A stretch of DNA of 63,276 nucleotides, the filler included, from Hausera hauseri (taxonomy: Eukaryota), in NCBI GenBank assembly GCA_046269625.1. It is 9 parts of 9 records of this genome, joined end to end, with 100 filler letters (N's around TTAATTAATTAA, not from the genome) between each part and the next. Parts side by side here need not be neighbours in the genome. Positions count along the whole stretch, not along the records: positions 13,384 to 17,841 come from JBJURY010570339.1; positions 17,942 to 23,731 come from JBJURY010188972.1; positions 23,832 to 30,357 come from JBJURY010091099.1; 6 more parts are not named here. One strand, 5' to 3'. The notes below the pieces were generated by a model that was not told where the DNA came from, ran no database searches, and saw only the letters and a program-made list of their open reading frames with translations. The translations under genes and the position numbers were made by a program. Positions 13,384 to 27,700 of this stretch are shown in pieces; the stretch's first letter is position 1; every line of letters begins with the position of its first letter.

Positions 13384-16300
13384 TTGATCTGATGGCTACC
13401 CGTAGCCAGCGTTACTTTTTGATTGTGGTATATTGTTCGACAGTTAATCCTTACATCGTAATTTATTGCTTTTTCCACAACAAAAGTTATTTCGCGCTGT
13501 TGTGTCCAGTATTTTACCGGAATTATTTCTAGATCCTTCTGAGGCAATATATTCGTTGGAGTGATTCTGGCGGATGCAGGAATGATAGACTTTGTTTTCG
13601 TAGTGGTAATTCTATTTGTTTTTATTCCAAGCAAATTCTGCTCAATTGGGTTTCTAAATCGATAACTTTGTAGATAAATTTTCGACTGGTTTGGTCTGAC
13701 ATCATATAAGTCCATTTGAGTTCTATATTTATATTTCCGGGGTAAGTTGCAGCATTTTTTTGGTTGCTCGACGTCAATTTGATAGTACTGTTGGTTGTAA
13801 GCTGGTATGTTCTCTTCAATGAACCGGACTGAAATTAATCGATCGTTAATTAATCGTCCTTTTGTGTTTATTTGAAGACAATTGTCCTTTGGGTTTTCTG
13901 TTATACTGGCGATATTTTCTTCCAGCATTTGCTTTACTGGGTCGACGGATTGGAGCATTTCGTTGGGTTTTATCCCATTATGCTTGTTCCATGCAGGGAT
14001 AACTAATTGAAATTGTGGTTCTATTTCGTAGATTTTAGATAATTTCGGTGAATACAGTCGATAGATAAGGTTATAAGTATGTCCGAAATCCGTACTGAAA
14101 CATTGCGTATGCTCTCCAGGCTCGAAATCACAATTCCTTGTTTCTTTTGTCATTATATCATCTAGAGCAATTTGAAGTTTTCCAACATTGTGGTGTGGTC
14201 TCTGTACCTTAAATCCAACGCATGTGGACTTCGGCGAATAATAATGAATTTTGACTGATTGTAACAACGTAATTCCTTCTTGTCTTTGGATTTCTTCTAA
14301 TGTTGGTCTCTTTTCAGTTCCGTATACATTCTTTATCGTAGATTCGTCGTGCCATTATCTAGCTTGTGCTCTCGGAATACAAAAAGCAATTAACGATAAT
14401 GCTAAAACTGTCTGCACATACGATATGGGTCTGGTGATAATCGGCTAGGTCTTGTTTTCTCGTGTTCTTAGATTGTAATGTTTAGCTGGCCTTATATCTG
14501 TTATAACTACTCTTTGAATCGATACAACTTCCTCTTTTCCGTTTTTGTTGACATAAACCGTGGTTGGTGTTGTACAGATGATTTCTTTTTGTTCTCTTCC
14601 AGTACGTGTTAATTTCAAGGATGTACGTTTCTTTGCGACTGAGTAATGTATGTAAACCCAATTTCCCTTTTCTAGATCATGAGACTTAGTTTTTTAGTCG
14701 TATTGTTTTTTAAATTGTTCCTGGTATTCGAGTGATAATGTTTTCGCAACCTTTCAACACTTTTATAATCTTGTCTGTAAGACGTCGGCAAAGTTTTGCT
14801 CTAAATCCTCGAGATTTTTTACATACTGCGTCATGCCTAGGTCGGTAGGTAAGATTGCCTCTCGTCCATACGTCATAAAGAACGGTGTGAACCCTGTTGC
14901 TGGATATGTAGTCGTATTAATCGCGAATTGTGTTCCTTCTAGGAATTCGTCACAATCCTTTTGATCTTTTGCCACTATTGTTGATAGTACCCGAATAACT
15001 GTTGCGTTCATCCGCCCGACCATTCGATTACATTGGGGATGGTACGCGTTAGTGGTTAAACGTTCAATTTCAAATATTTTGGTAATCTTTTCGAATAGTT
15101 CGCTTGTGAAGTTCCTTCCCCTATCCGTTAGAATTTGTTCTGGTGGTCCATATCTGCAAATGATTTTTCTTACCACTGCGTCGGCTAGTGTTTCCGCTTT
15201 TTGATCCAGTAATGCCACCAGTTCGACAAAATGTGTCAATTGATCCACGCATGTTAGAATATATTTGTTGTTTTTAAGTTTTAGGTAAAGGTCCTACTAT
15301 ATCCATAGACATGGCCTGCATAGGTCTATCTGGTACGTTTATTGGTTTTAGTTCCGCTACGTAGCCTATCGTCTTCTTTTGTTTTGTTGCACAAACTTCG
15401 CCCACTCCTACCCCATTCTTTACTGCAATATAGATACTTGGCCAGTAGTATTTATTCAATATTGTTTCCAATGTCTTCTTCCAAGACATATGTCCGGCTT
15501 AATATGAATCATGTTCGGCCATGAGTACTTCGGCGCATAATTCTTTTGGAATAACTATTAATCTTCGTCCCTTTCGTTCATAATAGAGTATATTATCCTG
15601 GTTTGAGGCGTGATATTTATATCCGTGTTTCTGCAGGTGCTTTTTCAGTTTTTGTCCCTTGGGCATTTCGCTGTTTTGTGCGAACTTAACAATTTTCTGA
15701 ATAACTTTATCTTTGGCTTGCTCGGCTGTAATTCTAATTGTCTTATCCATTATTAGAGTTTGTTGTCGTTCAATCAGTTGGTCGAGTTGCGGCCTTTTTG
15801 CTCTAGTAATTGCACTCGTTTTTGTCTTAAGCCTTAACAGTGCGTCGGCGTCGACATGTTTATTTCCAGGTTTGTATTAGAATTCAATGTTATATCGTGA
15901 GATCTCTTTAATCCAACGGTTTATTCTACACGTCGGATTATTAGCTCGTCCTTTCAATGTCGTAACTGCCTTGTGGTCGGTTCCTATTATAATCCTTTGT
16001 CCATAGACATAAACATTGATATGTCATAGTGCTTTCTTAAAGGCTAACGTTTCTAGTTCGGTAACCGAATAATTCTTCTCTGCTGTCCTTAGTGAACGTT
16101 CACCATAGGCTATAGGGTGTTCTAATTCTTCGCCTTCTCGTTTCTGAGCTAATTTGTATCCTATGCCTTCTTCACTGGCATCTGTTTTAATGACGAATGG
16201 TAAGTTGAAATCTGGGTATCTTAAAACTGGTTTGCTTGTCAAGACTTTGTTCATTTCGTTGAATGCTTTTTGTTCCACTTCGGTCCACCTCCACTTAGGT

Positions 16301-17841
16301 CCTTTCTTCAGTAGGCGATATAGTTGCGCATTAATTTTTGAATTGTCCGGTACGTATGTGGCATAATATCCACATAGGCCTAGCCAATGCCTTAACTCAT
16401 TAGTTTTGCGGTTCCATACAATCGGATATTTTGTCTAATAGTGATTTATCTGGTCTTGATCCTCCTTCTCCAACTATGTGTCCCAGGTAAGATACCGCGT
16501 TCTGTGCCCATTTTCATTTCTTCGGATTTAGTTTTAACCCTGCTGGTTCCAACCGCATGAGTGTATCTTCAATGTCTTTTAAGTGTTCTTCTTCTGTTTT
16601 TGAATTCATCATCACGTCGTCTAAGAACGCGAATGCATGATCAAGTCCCATGAGCATCTTATTTATCATTCTAGTAAAAATGGCTGGTCCTGTGGTGATG
16701 CCGAAAGGCATAACATTAAACTCGTATACGCTGTCTTATATCGATCTTTTTCTTCGATTTCCACTTGCTAGTATCGCGATTGTAAGTCTAGAGTGGTAAA
16801 GCATTTTGCTCCTGATAGTCTGTCTAATGCTTCCTCTGCCGACGGTAGGGGAAACGAGTCTTTCATCATAAGCATGTTTAATGCCCGATAATCTATACAA
16901 AATCGATGTTTCGTGGTTCCTTTCTTTTTGGCCATAAGTATAGGTGAGTACCATGATTGGTAGCTAGGTCGAATTATATCGGCCTTCAACATTCGTTCTA
17001 CTTCTTTAGTTATCTCTGGTCTCAGTAAATGAGGAGGCGGGTACCACTTGGGCATTTTCCGTTCTTCCAGATCAGTTTCGTCATTTGAGCCAGGTTTCTT
17101 CATTAATGGAATTGTTAATCTTAAAGCTTTTGATCTACTTATGTCTTCTTCGTTCTGTGCAATTATCGAACTGTATTTGCATAATAATTCGTAGAACCTG
17201 CAATACGCTTCCGGATAGAATTTGTTTTCGACGTGAGGTGGAAATTCTGCGCACTTCTATGGTTTTTCTTCTATTGTTATTGCCGATTCTCTACAAGTGT
17301 GACCTGGAGTAGTGTTAGCGTTCAATCGTACGGGAATTGGTGCATTGTTCACTAATCTGATGGGTATTCGTCCCGTCATTACTCTACATAGAATATTGCT
17401 AACCATGAGGTTTGGGTCGATATTCTCTTGAGGTTCAAAATATACCGGCAGATCTTCATCTTGGCGAATCTGTGCGAAAATTATCATTTCGGTCCTGGGC
17501 GGAATATCTTCGTCTACCGGAATCAATACTTCGCCCGATTTCGTCTCCTTTATTACCTTCGTCCCTTTTATTGGTTCGAGCTCGACTAATTTCTTATTAT
17601 GTACATCAATTGCCATACCTGGTATCTGTTTCAATATATCACAACTTAAGACTACATGGTCTATTAAATGGCCCATTACCGCGAATTCATGTTGAAGTGC
17701 TTGGCCCATCATATAAACGGTAGGAGTCCACTTAAATTTCGGCTTCGGTACCTGTCCAAGTGCCCCTATGCTACCAGGGTCCGATGATAATGGTGGGCAT
17801 AGTTGGTCGCGTAGTGTGATTGGTATTGATTCGTGTTTTAT
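13384..17841 (-). mobile_element. Degenerate Ty3/Gypsy pol (PR-RT-RH-IN plus C-terminal extension), relative of the 37846-52939 element
   Basis: KKKGTTKHRFCIDYR, MPFG, FLDD, IKTDAS, KYYWPSI, MDIVGPLP, LTDRGRNF, AYHPQCN; many stops and frameshifts. Shares EDIPP and post-integrase segments with the 37846-52939 element. Confidence 0.92.
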
Positions 17842-17941
17842 NNNNNNNNNNNNNNNNNNNNNNNNNNNNNNNNNNNNNNNNNNNNTTAATTAATTAANNN
17901 NNNNNNNNNNNNNNNNNNNNNNNNNNNNNNNNNNNNNNNNN

Positions 17942-18790
17942 ATTGTTGAAAACACTGTCGCACCTTGTAAAGCATCCAAGAGTCCATAAATATCCGGAAC
18001 TGGAAACGTGAACTTCTCTGTAACTGCGTTCAACTTCCTAAACTCCATGCACATGCGAATGGGCCAGTCTTTTTTAGGTATCACCACCAGTGGTGTATTC
18101 CAAGGGATTTGGCATGTCCTAATAATTCCGCTATTTAGCAATCGGTCGATCAATCTTTCAACCTCTGGCTCAAAGTTAATCGGAAGTTTTTTGGGAGGCT
18201 GCGCAATTGGGTCCCCTGTCGTCTCAATGTGATGTTGCACGATCTTTGTACGGCCCATGTCAAAAGCTGAAGCCATGAAAATATCACCATACTTTTGAAT
18301 CGTCCTTTTGAGCGATGGGTGTGCTGCGAAAACTTCCAAGGCCAACTGTGTCCGCTTCTCTGTTGTCACTTCTTGTGCCGTCTTTCGTGAGTCCAATACT
18401 CCAAACTTCTCTATTGTGTCGATTCCTCCAATAAAAGCAGGCGATAGCTTTTTCACCACGTAAGTAGTAAGTACTTCATATTTAACTCCCCATTTTGCAC
18501 GCATTTTACATTTTCCCATGTAACTTTCATTAGTTGGCGAAAAAACTTCAACTAAACGAACATCCGATGCTACAAGGGTTGGCTGTCCAATCTTTCTCCA
18601 ACATTTTGCACTTATTATCGAAACTGAAGCTCCAGAGTCCCATAGAATTTCAATTTCGGTTCTTCCACACATCATGGTACTCCACCACCGACCATCTGAC
18701 TTCTTGTACATCATCGGCTTCCCCTATCTATTTCTGGCTTCTTTTTCCTTTTCTGCTGCAACCCGAGTGTCGAGATAGGCACAGTGTCGA
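17942..18790 (-). mobile_element. Ty3/Gypsy protease-RT fragment
   Basis: LWDSGAS protease motif, PWNTPLVVIPKKD..IRMC.EFRKLN, FPVPDI. Confidence 0.88.
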
Positions 18791-18989
18791 AAGTTTCTCA
18801 TATCACAAAATCTATAACTTCAAAAGAATTTATTGAATATTCTAAACAATAATCGTTTTTTAAAAATCAAATAAAAAAAACCTTTTTTTCGTTTCTACTT
18901 GGTGAATATTAAAACAAACATATTTACAAAGGACTGCACATACATATTTATAAATCTGGTGCTTGTCCAACGAAACTCCGACAGTTTTT

Positions 18990-19298
18990 ATTTGCAGCCA
19001 AAAATCACCATTTTAAAAGCAGTATGCTGTAAGACCATACGTCAGATTTTATGGAAAAGAAACCAAATTTAATGGATTCTGGTGACATCAAAAAAATTGG
19101 TAAAGTGACATTTCTTTCGAGTTCTGTAAATCCTGTATTCGTATTCTGAGAAAGTCTTCTGGCAAGTCCATAATCACCCCATTTAAATTTAAAATCGTTA
19201 TTCAAGAGACAATTTCTACCTGCTGCATTTCGATGTATAATTTGCTTCGAGTGCATATAGGAAAGAGCATTGGCCACGCCTTTGGCACAATTTGTCAA
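18990..19298 (-). pseudogene. Protein tyrosine kinase catalytic-domain fragment, degenerate
   Basis: IIHRNAAGRNCLL (HRDLAARN with catalytic D lost), GDYGLAR, LP...MSPES, KSDVWSY; truncated. Confidence 0.8.
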
Positions 19299-20020
19299 TC
19301 AAATTTGGAAATCGGTAAATTCTGGTGAGTTTTCTGGTAGAATTTTCCTTGAAAACATTGGAATCGGATCCGTGATTTCAAATTTCTTGGAAATCTCATA
19401 TTCAAAAACCAAAGACGTTTTGAAGTTGTGAACATGACACAAGAACCACATTTTCCAAAATAGAGATTTATATTCTACTGATAATACTGAGTGGTCTAAT
19501 AAATTATGAGAACAATACGATTCAACCACAATTGACTTTTCAGTATTATCCAACTTTCCCAAATATTGTCAGACCATGATGAAGACTAATGAAAGACGCA
19601 TATTAAAAAGGAAACGCTGAATCTATTGCAGTGTTTAGTCTACATCACTCATTTTACGTTTCGATACACTGAAAAAATATCTGATAGAAATTTGATAGAA
19701 TGCGATTTTCATTGTAAGAAATATTTTCCGACGATTTTATTTGCCGAGCAATTTTCCGTCAATCGATGAGTTCTTTGATAACTTCGTAATACTATGGATT
19801 GTGGTGGCGCCCAAGCCCACGGCACCATACTACCACCGGTTACGAAAAGACGTTGTAAGAAGATAAAAAGGTAGAAAGGAGAAAGTAAAGAGACAACGGT
19901 GTAAGCAAACTAATGGGTCTTTGCATGGACAAGTCGTTGAATTTTATCGATATTTTGTTCTCTGCTGTATTTGCTGAAGGTAACCGTATTGCTTTGTTTA
20001 ACGCGCTATTTAATTGTCTG

Positions 20021-23000
20021 TTAAGATCGTTGAGATGAAGTTAGGTTTTGATTGGGCATGTCAGCAGCTTGAGAACTGGTAGATATGTCGTTTAGTGTAG
20101 TATTTTGAGTTAATGCGGGTTTTAGAGTAGCATATTGTCGTGTAGGTAGATTTGAAGAAGAATTGAAAGAATCTAGGAATGTATGTGTAGAATCAGTCGA
20201 GGAATCCGGTGTGTCATTAGCGAAAAATGCGGGTTTTACGTTAGATATGTGCACATTTTGTTCTTTCTCGTTTTTAAGTATTGTAACCGTGTGTGAAGTT
20301 AGATTGAGAACTTTATATGGTCGTAAGTAGTTTGGTTGGAAACCGGAAGGTGAAGGATTTTTTATCCATACGAACTTTGCATTAAATAGCGAGTCAGGTA
20401 AGTACGTTGTTTTCCCATGTACTATTTTGCAGAAAGAGTCCTGGCTTAATTGTATGAAATGGTTTTGTGCGGACCTAATGGTTTCGTTAGTTGGTGTATT
20501 GTGCAAGTCTGTGAGCTCAAAAAGTGCACGAATTGGGGTACCACAAAGTGCTTCAGCAGGTGCGCCACCGGTGGTAGTAGGAAGCGTGTTGCGCCATCCG
20601 AGTAAAACAAAATGGAGGATGATTGTCCAATTCTTATGAGTTTCGGCCAGGATTTTTAAAGAGATTTTGAGGGTGCGATGAAAACGTTCCAATAAGCCGT
20701 TCGACGGGGAGTGCTATGGAGTTATGCGTATATGATTTATGTCCAGTCGGTTAACTAAAGACTTGAATAGATTCGATTCAAATTGGGGACCTTGGTCTGT
20801 AATTATATAGCGAGGTGAACCGAACCGGCTAATCCAAATCCTTACGAATGCGTCGACAATGGAGGCTATATTGATGGAGCGCAAGGGGACGGCTTCAGAC
20901 CAACGAGACGCGCGGTCCATCATTGTTAAGATGAATTAATGACCGTTATCGGAAGGTAATGTGCCAACGATATCTATGTGAACTGACTCAAAGCGGGATG
21001 TACATGGGAAATGAAATAATGGTGGTTTAAGATATTTAGTTACTTTGAACTTTTGGCAAGCTACGCATTGCCTAACCCAGCTCTGTACATCAGACCTCAT
21101 TGACGGCCATGTTACGTGGCGTTTTAGAAGGCGGAATGTAGCTTTGGAACCAGAGTGATGCAAGGAATGAACATGTTGAAATGCAGTTTGTTGGAGAGGA
21201 GGTGCCAAAATTGGTAAATGTTGTCCAGGTGTCGAAATATCCATGGCTATTCCATCAATGATTTGCACGGATTTGTATCGTCTCAGAATTTTATTGGAAG
21301 GTGGATTTTGGGTTAACTGGTCTTTTGAGAATATTGGTGTGACACTAATTGCTCCAACTGACCGTGATAAGAAATCGGCTATTAAATTGTCTGTGCCAGA
21401 AATATGGCGAATTTTGAAGTTAAATGTTGACAGATATGAAATATGACGTTCTTGTCGCAGTGATGGTTGTTTCGTGTTCATTACGTGAACGAGAGGTTTA
21501 TGGTCCGTTTAAGTGGTGAAAGAACGAGCGATAAGAAATGTGAAAAATGTTTCAGATCTAAAACAATAGCCAGGAGTTCTTTATCGAAGGTAGAATAATG
21601 GCGTTATTGTGGCTGCAGCTTGCGTGAAACGAATTCTAACGGCTCATTTATACCTTGAGACTATTTGATGAAGAACTGCTCCTACTGCTGTAGTTGATGC
21701 GTCAATTGTTAAAATTAGATCAGCATCAGGTTTTGAGTAAGCTAAAATTTCTATTGTTTTAAGTTTGTCGCGGAGTTCGTCGAATTGGTTAATAAGTTCT
21801 GGTGTCCAATATATTAGCTTTTGCTTCGGCCCTGCTCCTAGTTGAGAAAAAGGAGAAGTTAAATGGCTGCAGCGTGAGTTGTATTTATGGACAAAATGTA
21901 AAGTCCCAAGGAAACTGCGCATGTCCGTAGTGGTTTTTGGTAGCTTAATGTTTCGTAGCTGATGGATTCTATCAGGTTGTGGACTGTGACCGTCAGGTAT
22001 GATGACGTGGCCAAGGACATTTACCTTTTTCTATAAGAAGGAGCATTTAGAAAAGTTCACTTGCAAATCGTAGTTGTGCAAGCGTTCGAAAACTAGTCTA
22101 AGATGTTCTTCGTGTTGTTTGGGCGATGCCGATGCGACTAGTATGTCATCAATGTATGGATATGCAAACGGCAAGCCTGAAAGAACTTAATCGACATGCC
22201 GTTGGAAAGTTTGTGCTGCGTTCTTTAAACCAAACGGCATGAATGCGTATTCAAAAAGACCCAAAGGTGTTATAATGGCCGTTTTTGGGATGTCTTCTGG
22301 TGCTACCGGTATTTGGTGGTAGACTTTTTCGAGATCTATGGTTGAACAAATCGTAGTCTTGTGTAAATTATGCAATATATCCATAATTAAAGTTAGAGGA
22401 TAAGCGTCCATGGTAGTGACGTTATTTATTTGGCGATAATCGCCGCATAGACAGAATGTGCCGTCTTTTTTCGTGACGACGTGCAGTGGTGATTCTAACG
22501 GTGATTTTGACCGTTTTATTATGCCAGCTTGTTTGAGTGCAGAGAATTCCGCTTGGGCTGCTTGTCGACGACGTGGTGAAAGTGGGCGGAGTTTCTGCCT
22601 AACGTGCCTAAGATTTTCGGTGATGATATGATGAAGTGTCGTGTTAGCCGGTCGAAATGGAAGGTCTTTTTTATTGTGTGAAAACAAAACTTGACTAAAT
22701 ATTGTTGTATTTTTTGGCTAAGCGTAGTAAAGTTTTGATTGGACGTAGTGTGAGAAATGGTAGAAATCGGACCGCCTAAATCGAACTTCAACAGAAAAGT
22801 AGGACTGTTTATATTGGTTCTATCTGGAAGCTTTTTATTTACATTAGTTAATGGTTTCTTCAATATTGATTTTATAGATTAGATAGGCTGCATGATCGGT
22901 TAATTATTTGTAGGTGTCGGCTTTGTTGAACTGCTTTTAACGATCCGACGTTGTCTACAATCTACAAGGAGGTTGTAGAAAGATAAGAAATCAAATCCAA

Positions 23001-23731
23001 ATATTGGAGATTGTGTGTCGGTAACGATGAATGTCCAATTGAAAATGTCAGAGAATGGTGGTAAAGTAAATGAAACCTTGGACGTGCCGAAAATGCGTAA
23101 GGCTTAGCCGTTAACTGTGTATAATTTAGTGTTAGATGGTGAGATGAATGGTGTTTTGATGGATGGTGGTAACAAATCTACGGCAGACCCAGAGTCAATT
23201 AGGAAGTTTATGGGTTGCTTGGATTCAGAAGTTAATGAAGCTTTCAGTGTAAAAACGGAATAAGTACGGCTATCATGATGAAAACGTTTGCCTGTGCCAG
23301 CATGTGCCGAAACATCCGGCGGCTTTATGAGTTTTTGGAGACACAAGATATATATCGTTGGAAAAGGTACGTCGTGACGAATTAGATCGATTAACGAAAA
23401 TTCAACCTGCAACGCAGTTATGTGCTTTATAATTGAATTTGTTATGGTAAATACAGATAATGTCGGGTCGTTTGAAATGGGTAGCATAAGATCTGCAACC
23501 TAAGCAGCATTTAGTGGAGTTTTCTTTAAATTTGGTGTGGTAGTAACACACTATTGGCCGTGTAGGTAACCTCGCATGCCTTGAATTTTGGGACGAGGTG
23601 CGGCTATGGTTCGCATCGGGACGATTTCGTCTACGAATGGTCAAAGCTTCGATTTTTGACGTATGAGTGCAGAAATTGCTTGATGTATGTTGGCGTTTTC
23701 GGCACGTAAAGAATTTATCTGTGAGTTCAGA
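20021..23731 (-). mobile_element. Degenerate Ty3/Gypsy element (CsRn1-like): gag C-terminus, PR, RT, RH, IN
   Basis: CYYHTKF..KC..GC gag motif, FLIDSGS, SPLHVVTKKDG, MPFGLKNAAQTFQR, YPYIDD, IDAS, VHIDIVG, TDQGPQFES, ERFHRTLK; multiple stops. Confidence 0.92.
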
Positions 23732-23831
23732 NNNNNNNNNNNNNNNNNNNNNNNNNNNNNNNNNNNNNNNNNNNNTTAATTAATTAANNNNNNNNNNNNN
23801 NNNNNNNNNNNNNNNNNNNNNNNNNNNNNNN

Positions 23832-26800
23832 GTAGCATGTTGCCTTTCGTTGATACCATTTGCTCCAGGATTATATACAGACGTTCGTATGTGCTTTATG
23901 TTCAACTCCTTCAGCGTGTTTCTCATCGACTGATTTACGAACTCTTTACCATTATCTGTGACGATGATTCTGGGGCATCCATATCTGGTTATGAATTTTC
24001 CTGTCAGAATATCGACAATGTTTTCAGCTGTTTTGTCTGGCACTGCATATAGCTCAGGCCAACCACTATAGATGTCCACAATATGTAAAATGTACCTATT
24101 TCCCGACGCTGTTAGTGGATGGGGTCCAGACAAATCTTAGCTTACTTTCTCTATGGGAAAATTGGCGTATTCAGGTTCTTGAATAGGATGTTTTAGTATT
24201 TCCATGTTGCGTAACTTGCAAGGTTCGCATGTTTTGATGTAGTTTCCTATCTCCTGCAACATATTTCGCCAATAATATTTCCTACTGATTAATTCCGCTG
24301 TTCTATCTCTTCCCAAATGACCTATCTTGTCGTGGTGTTCTTGCATTACCCATTGCTTCAAATGTTGTGGTATGCACAGTTGGAAGTTTCTCTTCTCTCC
24401 ACTACCTACACGATACAATTCTTCGCCGTCAAGTATAAACTTATTCCACTTTTTCAACTTCTCCTCCACTCCTGACTGTAAGTCTTCAATGATCTTCTTC
24501 AGCTCCTCGTCTTTCAGTTGTTCTGCCTTCATGTTCACTTTGTTTTCGTCTTCTTCACTAAGTTCTGTTTCCGATTCTCCCGTTTTGTCTACTTTCGTTT
24601 CTGTAGTGCTAACCGCTGAAATTTGAAGAGTATGTTCGTCGATTTCTGGGGTACCGTCGTCAGTGTTCTCTTCACGTGGTTCTTCATGCGTACTTTGCTC
24701 TGGGATTCTTGATAACAGATCTGCAATAGTATTCTGTAATCCCGGAATATACTCAATATTCATATCGTAGCCTTGTAAGTTTAAAATCCACGTTTGTATC
24801 CTTTTATTCTGCACGTCAGCCTTCATCATTGCTTTCAAGGGCATATGATCTGTTCGAATTATAAACTTGCTGTTGTGCAAATAAAAGTTAAGTTTTTGCA
24901 AGGCGTAGTGGATAGCGTACGCTTCTTTTTCCGTTACAGACCACTTCCGCTGCGACTTGGTCAAACGATGAGACAAGAAATATATCGGCTTTTCTTTATC
25001 TACTTTCTTCCCTTGTATTGTTTCTTCGCCGTCCTTTTGCGCCAGTACTGCTCCTACAGCAAAATCGGACGCGTCTGTATACAGTACGTATTCTTTATTT
25101 GTATTCGGGTAGACTAGTAGGGGCACAACTGTCAAGCTTTCCTTCAAGTATTCAAAAGCTGTTTGGCAGTTTTCGTCCCATCGAAAACGAGCAAACTTTC
25201 TGGTTAATGCCACCAGCGGCTCAGCGATTACAGAAAAGTTTGGAATGAACCTTCGATAGTACCCGCAAGTACCCAAGAATCCTCGTACTTCTTTGGTGGA
25301 CTTTGGCGCTGCCATATTCCTAATGGCTACCACTTTGTCATTATCCGGTTTCACTCCCTGTTGAGTGATCACAAAGCCTAAGTATTTGGTCTCCTCTTTT
25401 AGAAATTCGCACTTACTTAACTTCAATTTTACTTTGTGCTCTCTCAGTCGGTCAAATACTTGTTCTACATGTTTTAAATGATCTTTTATATCCCCTTTTG
25501 TAAAGATCAAAATATCGTCGATGTAGGCTAATGCAAATGCCTGCATCCCTTCCAGTACAACGTTCATCAAAGACATGTACGTCGCCGGTGATCCTTTAAG
25601 ACCAAAGGGCATCACATTCCACGCGTAGAGTCCAGTATGTGTGCAAAAGGCACTCTTCGCTTTCGCCTCTGGCGACATGGGAATGGACCAAAAACCCGAT
25701 CTGGCATCTAACGTTGTAAAGTATGTTGTGCCATCCAACAATCCTAGAATGTCGTCTATTAATGGCATTGGATAACTGACATTATTTGTTATGGCGTTTA
25801 ATGCACGGTAATCGACGCAAAACCGATGGCTGCCATCTTTCTTTGAAACAATTACCACAGGAAACGACCACTCGGACCTTGTCCGCTCGATAATCCCTGC
25901 CTTCAACATTTCTTCCACCGCCTTTTCAACTATTTCCCTATTTCCAAGCGGGGTACGATAGGGCTTCAAACTTATAGGAGCGTGATCTCCCGTTTCGATT
26001 TTCATAGTCACCGTTTGCGTTCTTCCTAGTTCCATGTCCGAGATGGCAAAGACATCTGCATGCTTTCTCACGAACTCTTCGACGCACGACTTGTGTTTTT
26101 CTTCTACCTTTAAAGTTTCCAGCAACTTCTTAGTTCTTTCATCGTCTTTCTTGATTTCTGCTATTAACTGTCCTTGCTTTCTCCTCCATAATCCTTCTTT
26201 TATTTCCGCCAACACTCTGTCACGATGTGCTCTTCTTTGCAACTTCTCTTCCCAGTATGTGTCTAGTTTCTCTTGGGCTGACTCTTTCTTGGTTTTTCTA
26301 GTTATGTTCACTGCTTCGCATGTTGATGTGTCAATTTTGTCTAGCTTTGCTACTACACATCCTTTTTGCAGCGTTATAGTCTTCCCAGTATGGTTGACAA
26401 TCATGACTGGTACTTCCCTTTTTTGATCTAACGTCACAATTCCGCATACTGTTTGTAAACCGGGTTCTTCAATAATCTCTTTCTCCTCCAGTGGTGTTAC
26501 AGTCACGTTCTCGCCTTCACGCCAATAACTATTTCTTTTTAGTGACGCCAGTACGATATTCACTGAATTTGGTTTCATCGTTATCTTTCTTCTAACCCGC
26601 ACTATCGATGCTATATGTATATCGTTCTCTAAGTCCACATACTGATCTTCCACTTTTATTTTCTTTAGGTCGAAATAAATTCTCACATTGTGCTTTCGGA
26701 GGAAATCTCTCCCAATGATAGCGCTTCGACACATATTACGAACGATCAGAAAACTATGTTTCATTGTTTTCCCTCCAATGTGAAACTCTAGTGTGGTCTT

Positions 26801-27700
26801 TCCTAAAACTTTCAATGCATTTCCAGAGACCGATCTTAAATCGACATCCTGTTTTATTAGTTTCCTTTGTCCTTCAGCATACGGTATACCCGTTCACTTA
26901 AGATGCTGACCTTCGCACCAGTATCTACTAAACATTGGACTCTCACTTTTCCAAAGTGTATGATGCATGAACTCGGGTCTTCTATTACATTGATTTCATA
27001 TTGTTGTTTCCATTTCCCACTTCTGTCGCATTCTTCTCTGATGCCTTCTGCTTTCAGTTGTTTGGACCGGGGACGTTGTTTTTTCGGAGTTGGGGTGTGG
27101 GTGTTATCGACCTTCTTGTTTTCAGGACTGGGTGGGACTAGCTTTGGGGTTTTTTCTGTATCCTTTCTTTCTGGTCTCATCTACTTCCATTGGCTCCGGT
27201 TCACTGTCCTTCCTATTTCCGGTTCCATCTTGGCCTTTTTTCGCTGATTCACTTCTGGCTTCTGTGTTAGTCTTCTTACACTGTTGGTTCATCTTTAACC
27301 CTTTTCTACCATTTCCGATTTCTTTGTCTTTATCCGTTTCTCTGCTTTTCATCACAGCATATTTTCGGTGATTGTTCCTTTCAACTGGAGTGTAGTTAAA
27401 CTTGTTATTTTTCGAATTCACCATTCTTCTAGTCTGACTGTAACTTCTGTTGCTTCTTCCATAGTTTGTTCTGTAATAATTTCTTTTCATATTTTCTCTT
27501 TCGTTATCCATTCCTGGCTTCTTTCTCTTGTAATTCACCTTGCTCGGTTCTTTTTGCTTCATGTTTCCAATCTTATATCTTTCTTCTTTTCTTAGTATTG
27601 GCCTGCTATTTCGATTTCTAATTTCTCTTGAATTGCTGATGGCTTCCTTTATCTCCCTGCTCTGTCGGAAGCTTAAATCACAGCAGGGTTTCCGTTTCCC
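23832..27700 (-). mobile_element. Ty3/Gypsy pol (PR-RT-RH-IN), lightly disrupted
   Basis: LVDTGAK, RFCVDYRALN, MPFGL, AYIDD, YTDASD, H-H-C-C zinc finger, TDNGKEF; two frameshifts and a premature stop at 24137-24139. Confidence 0.95.
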
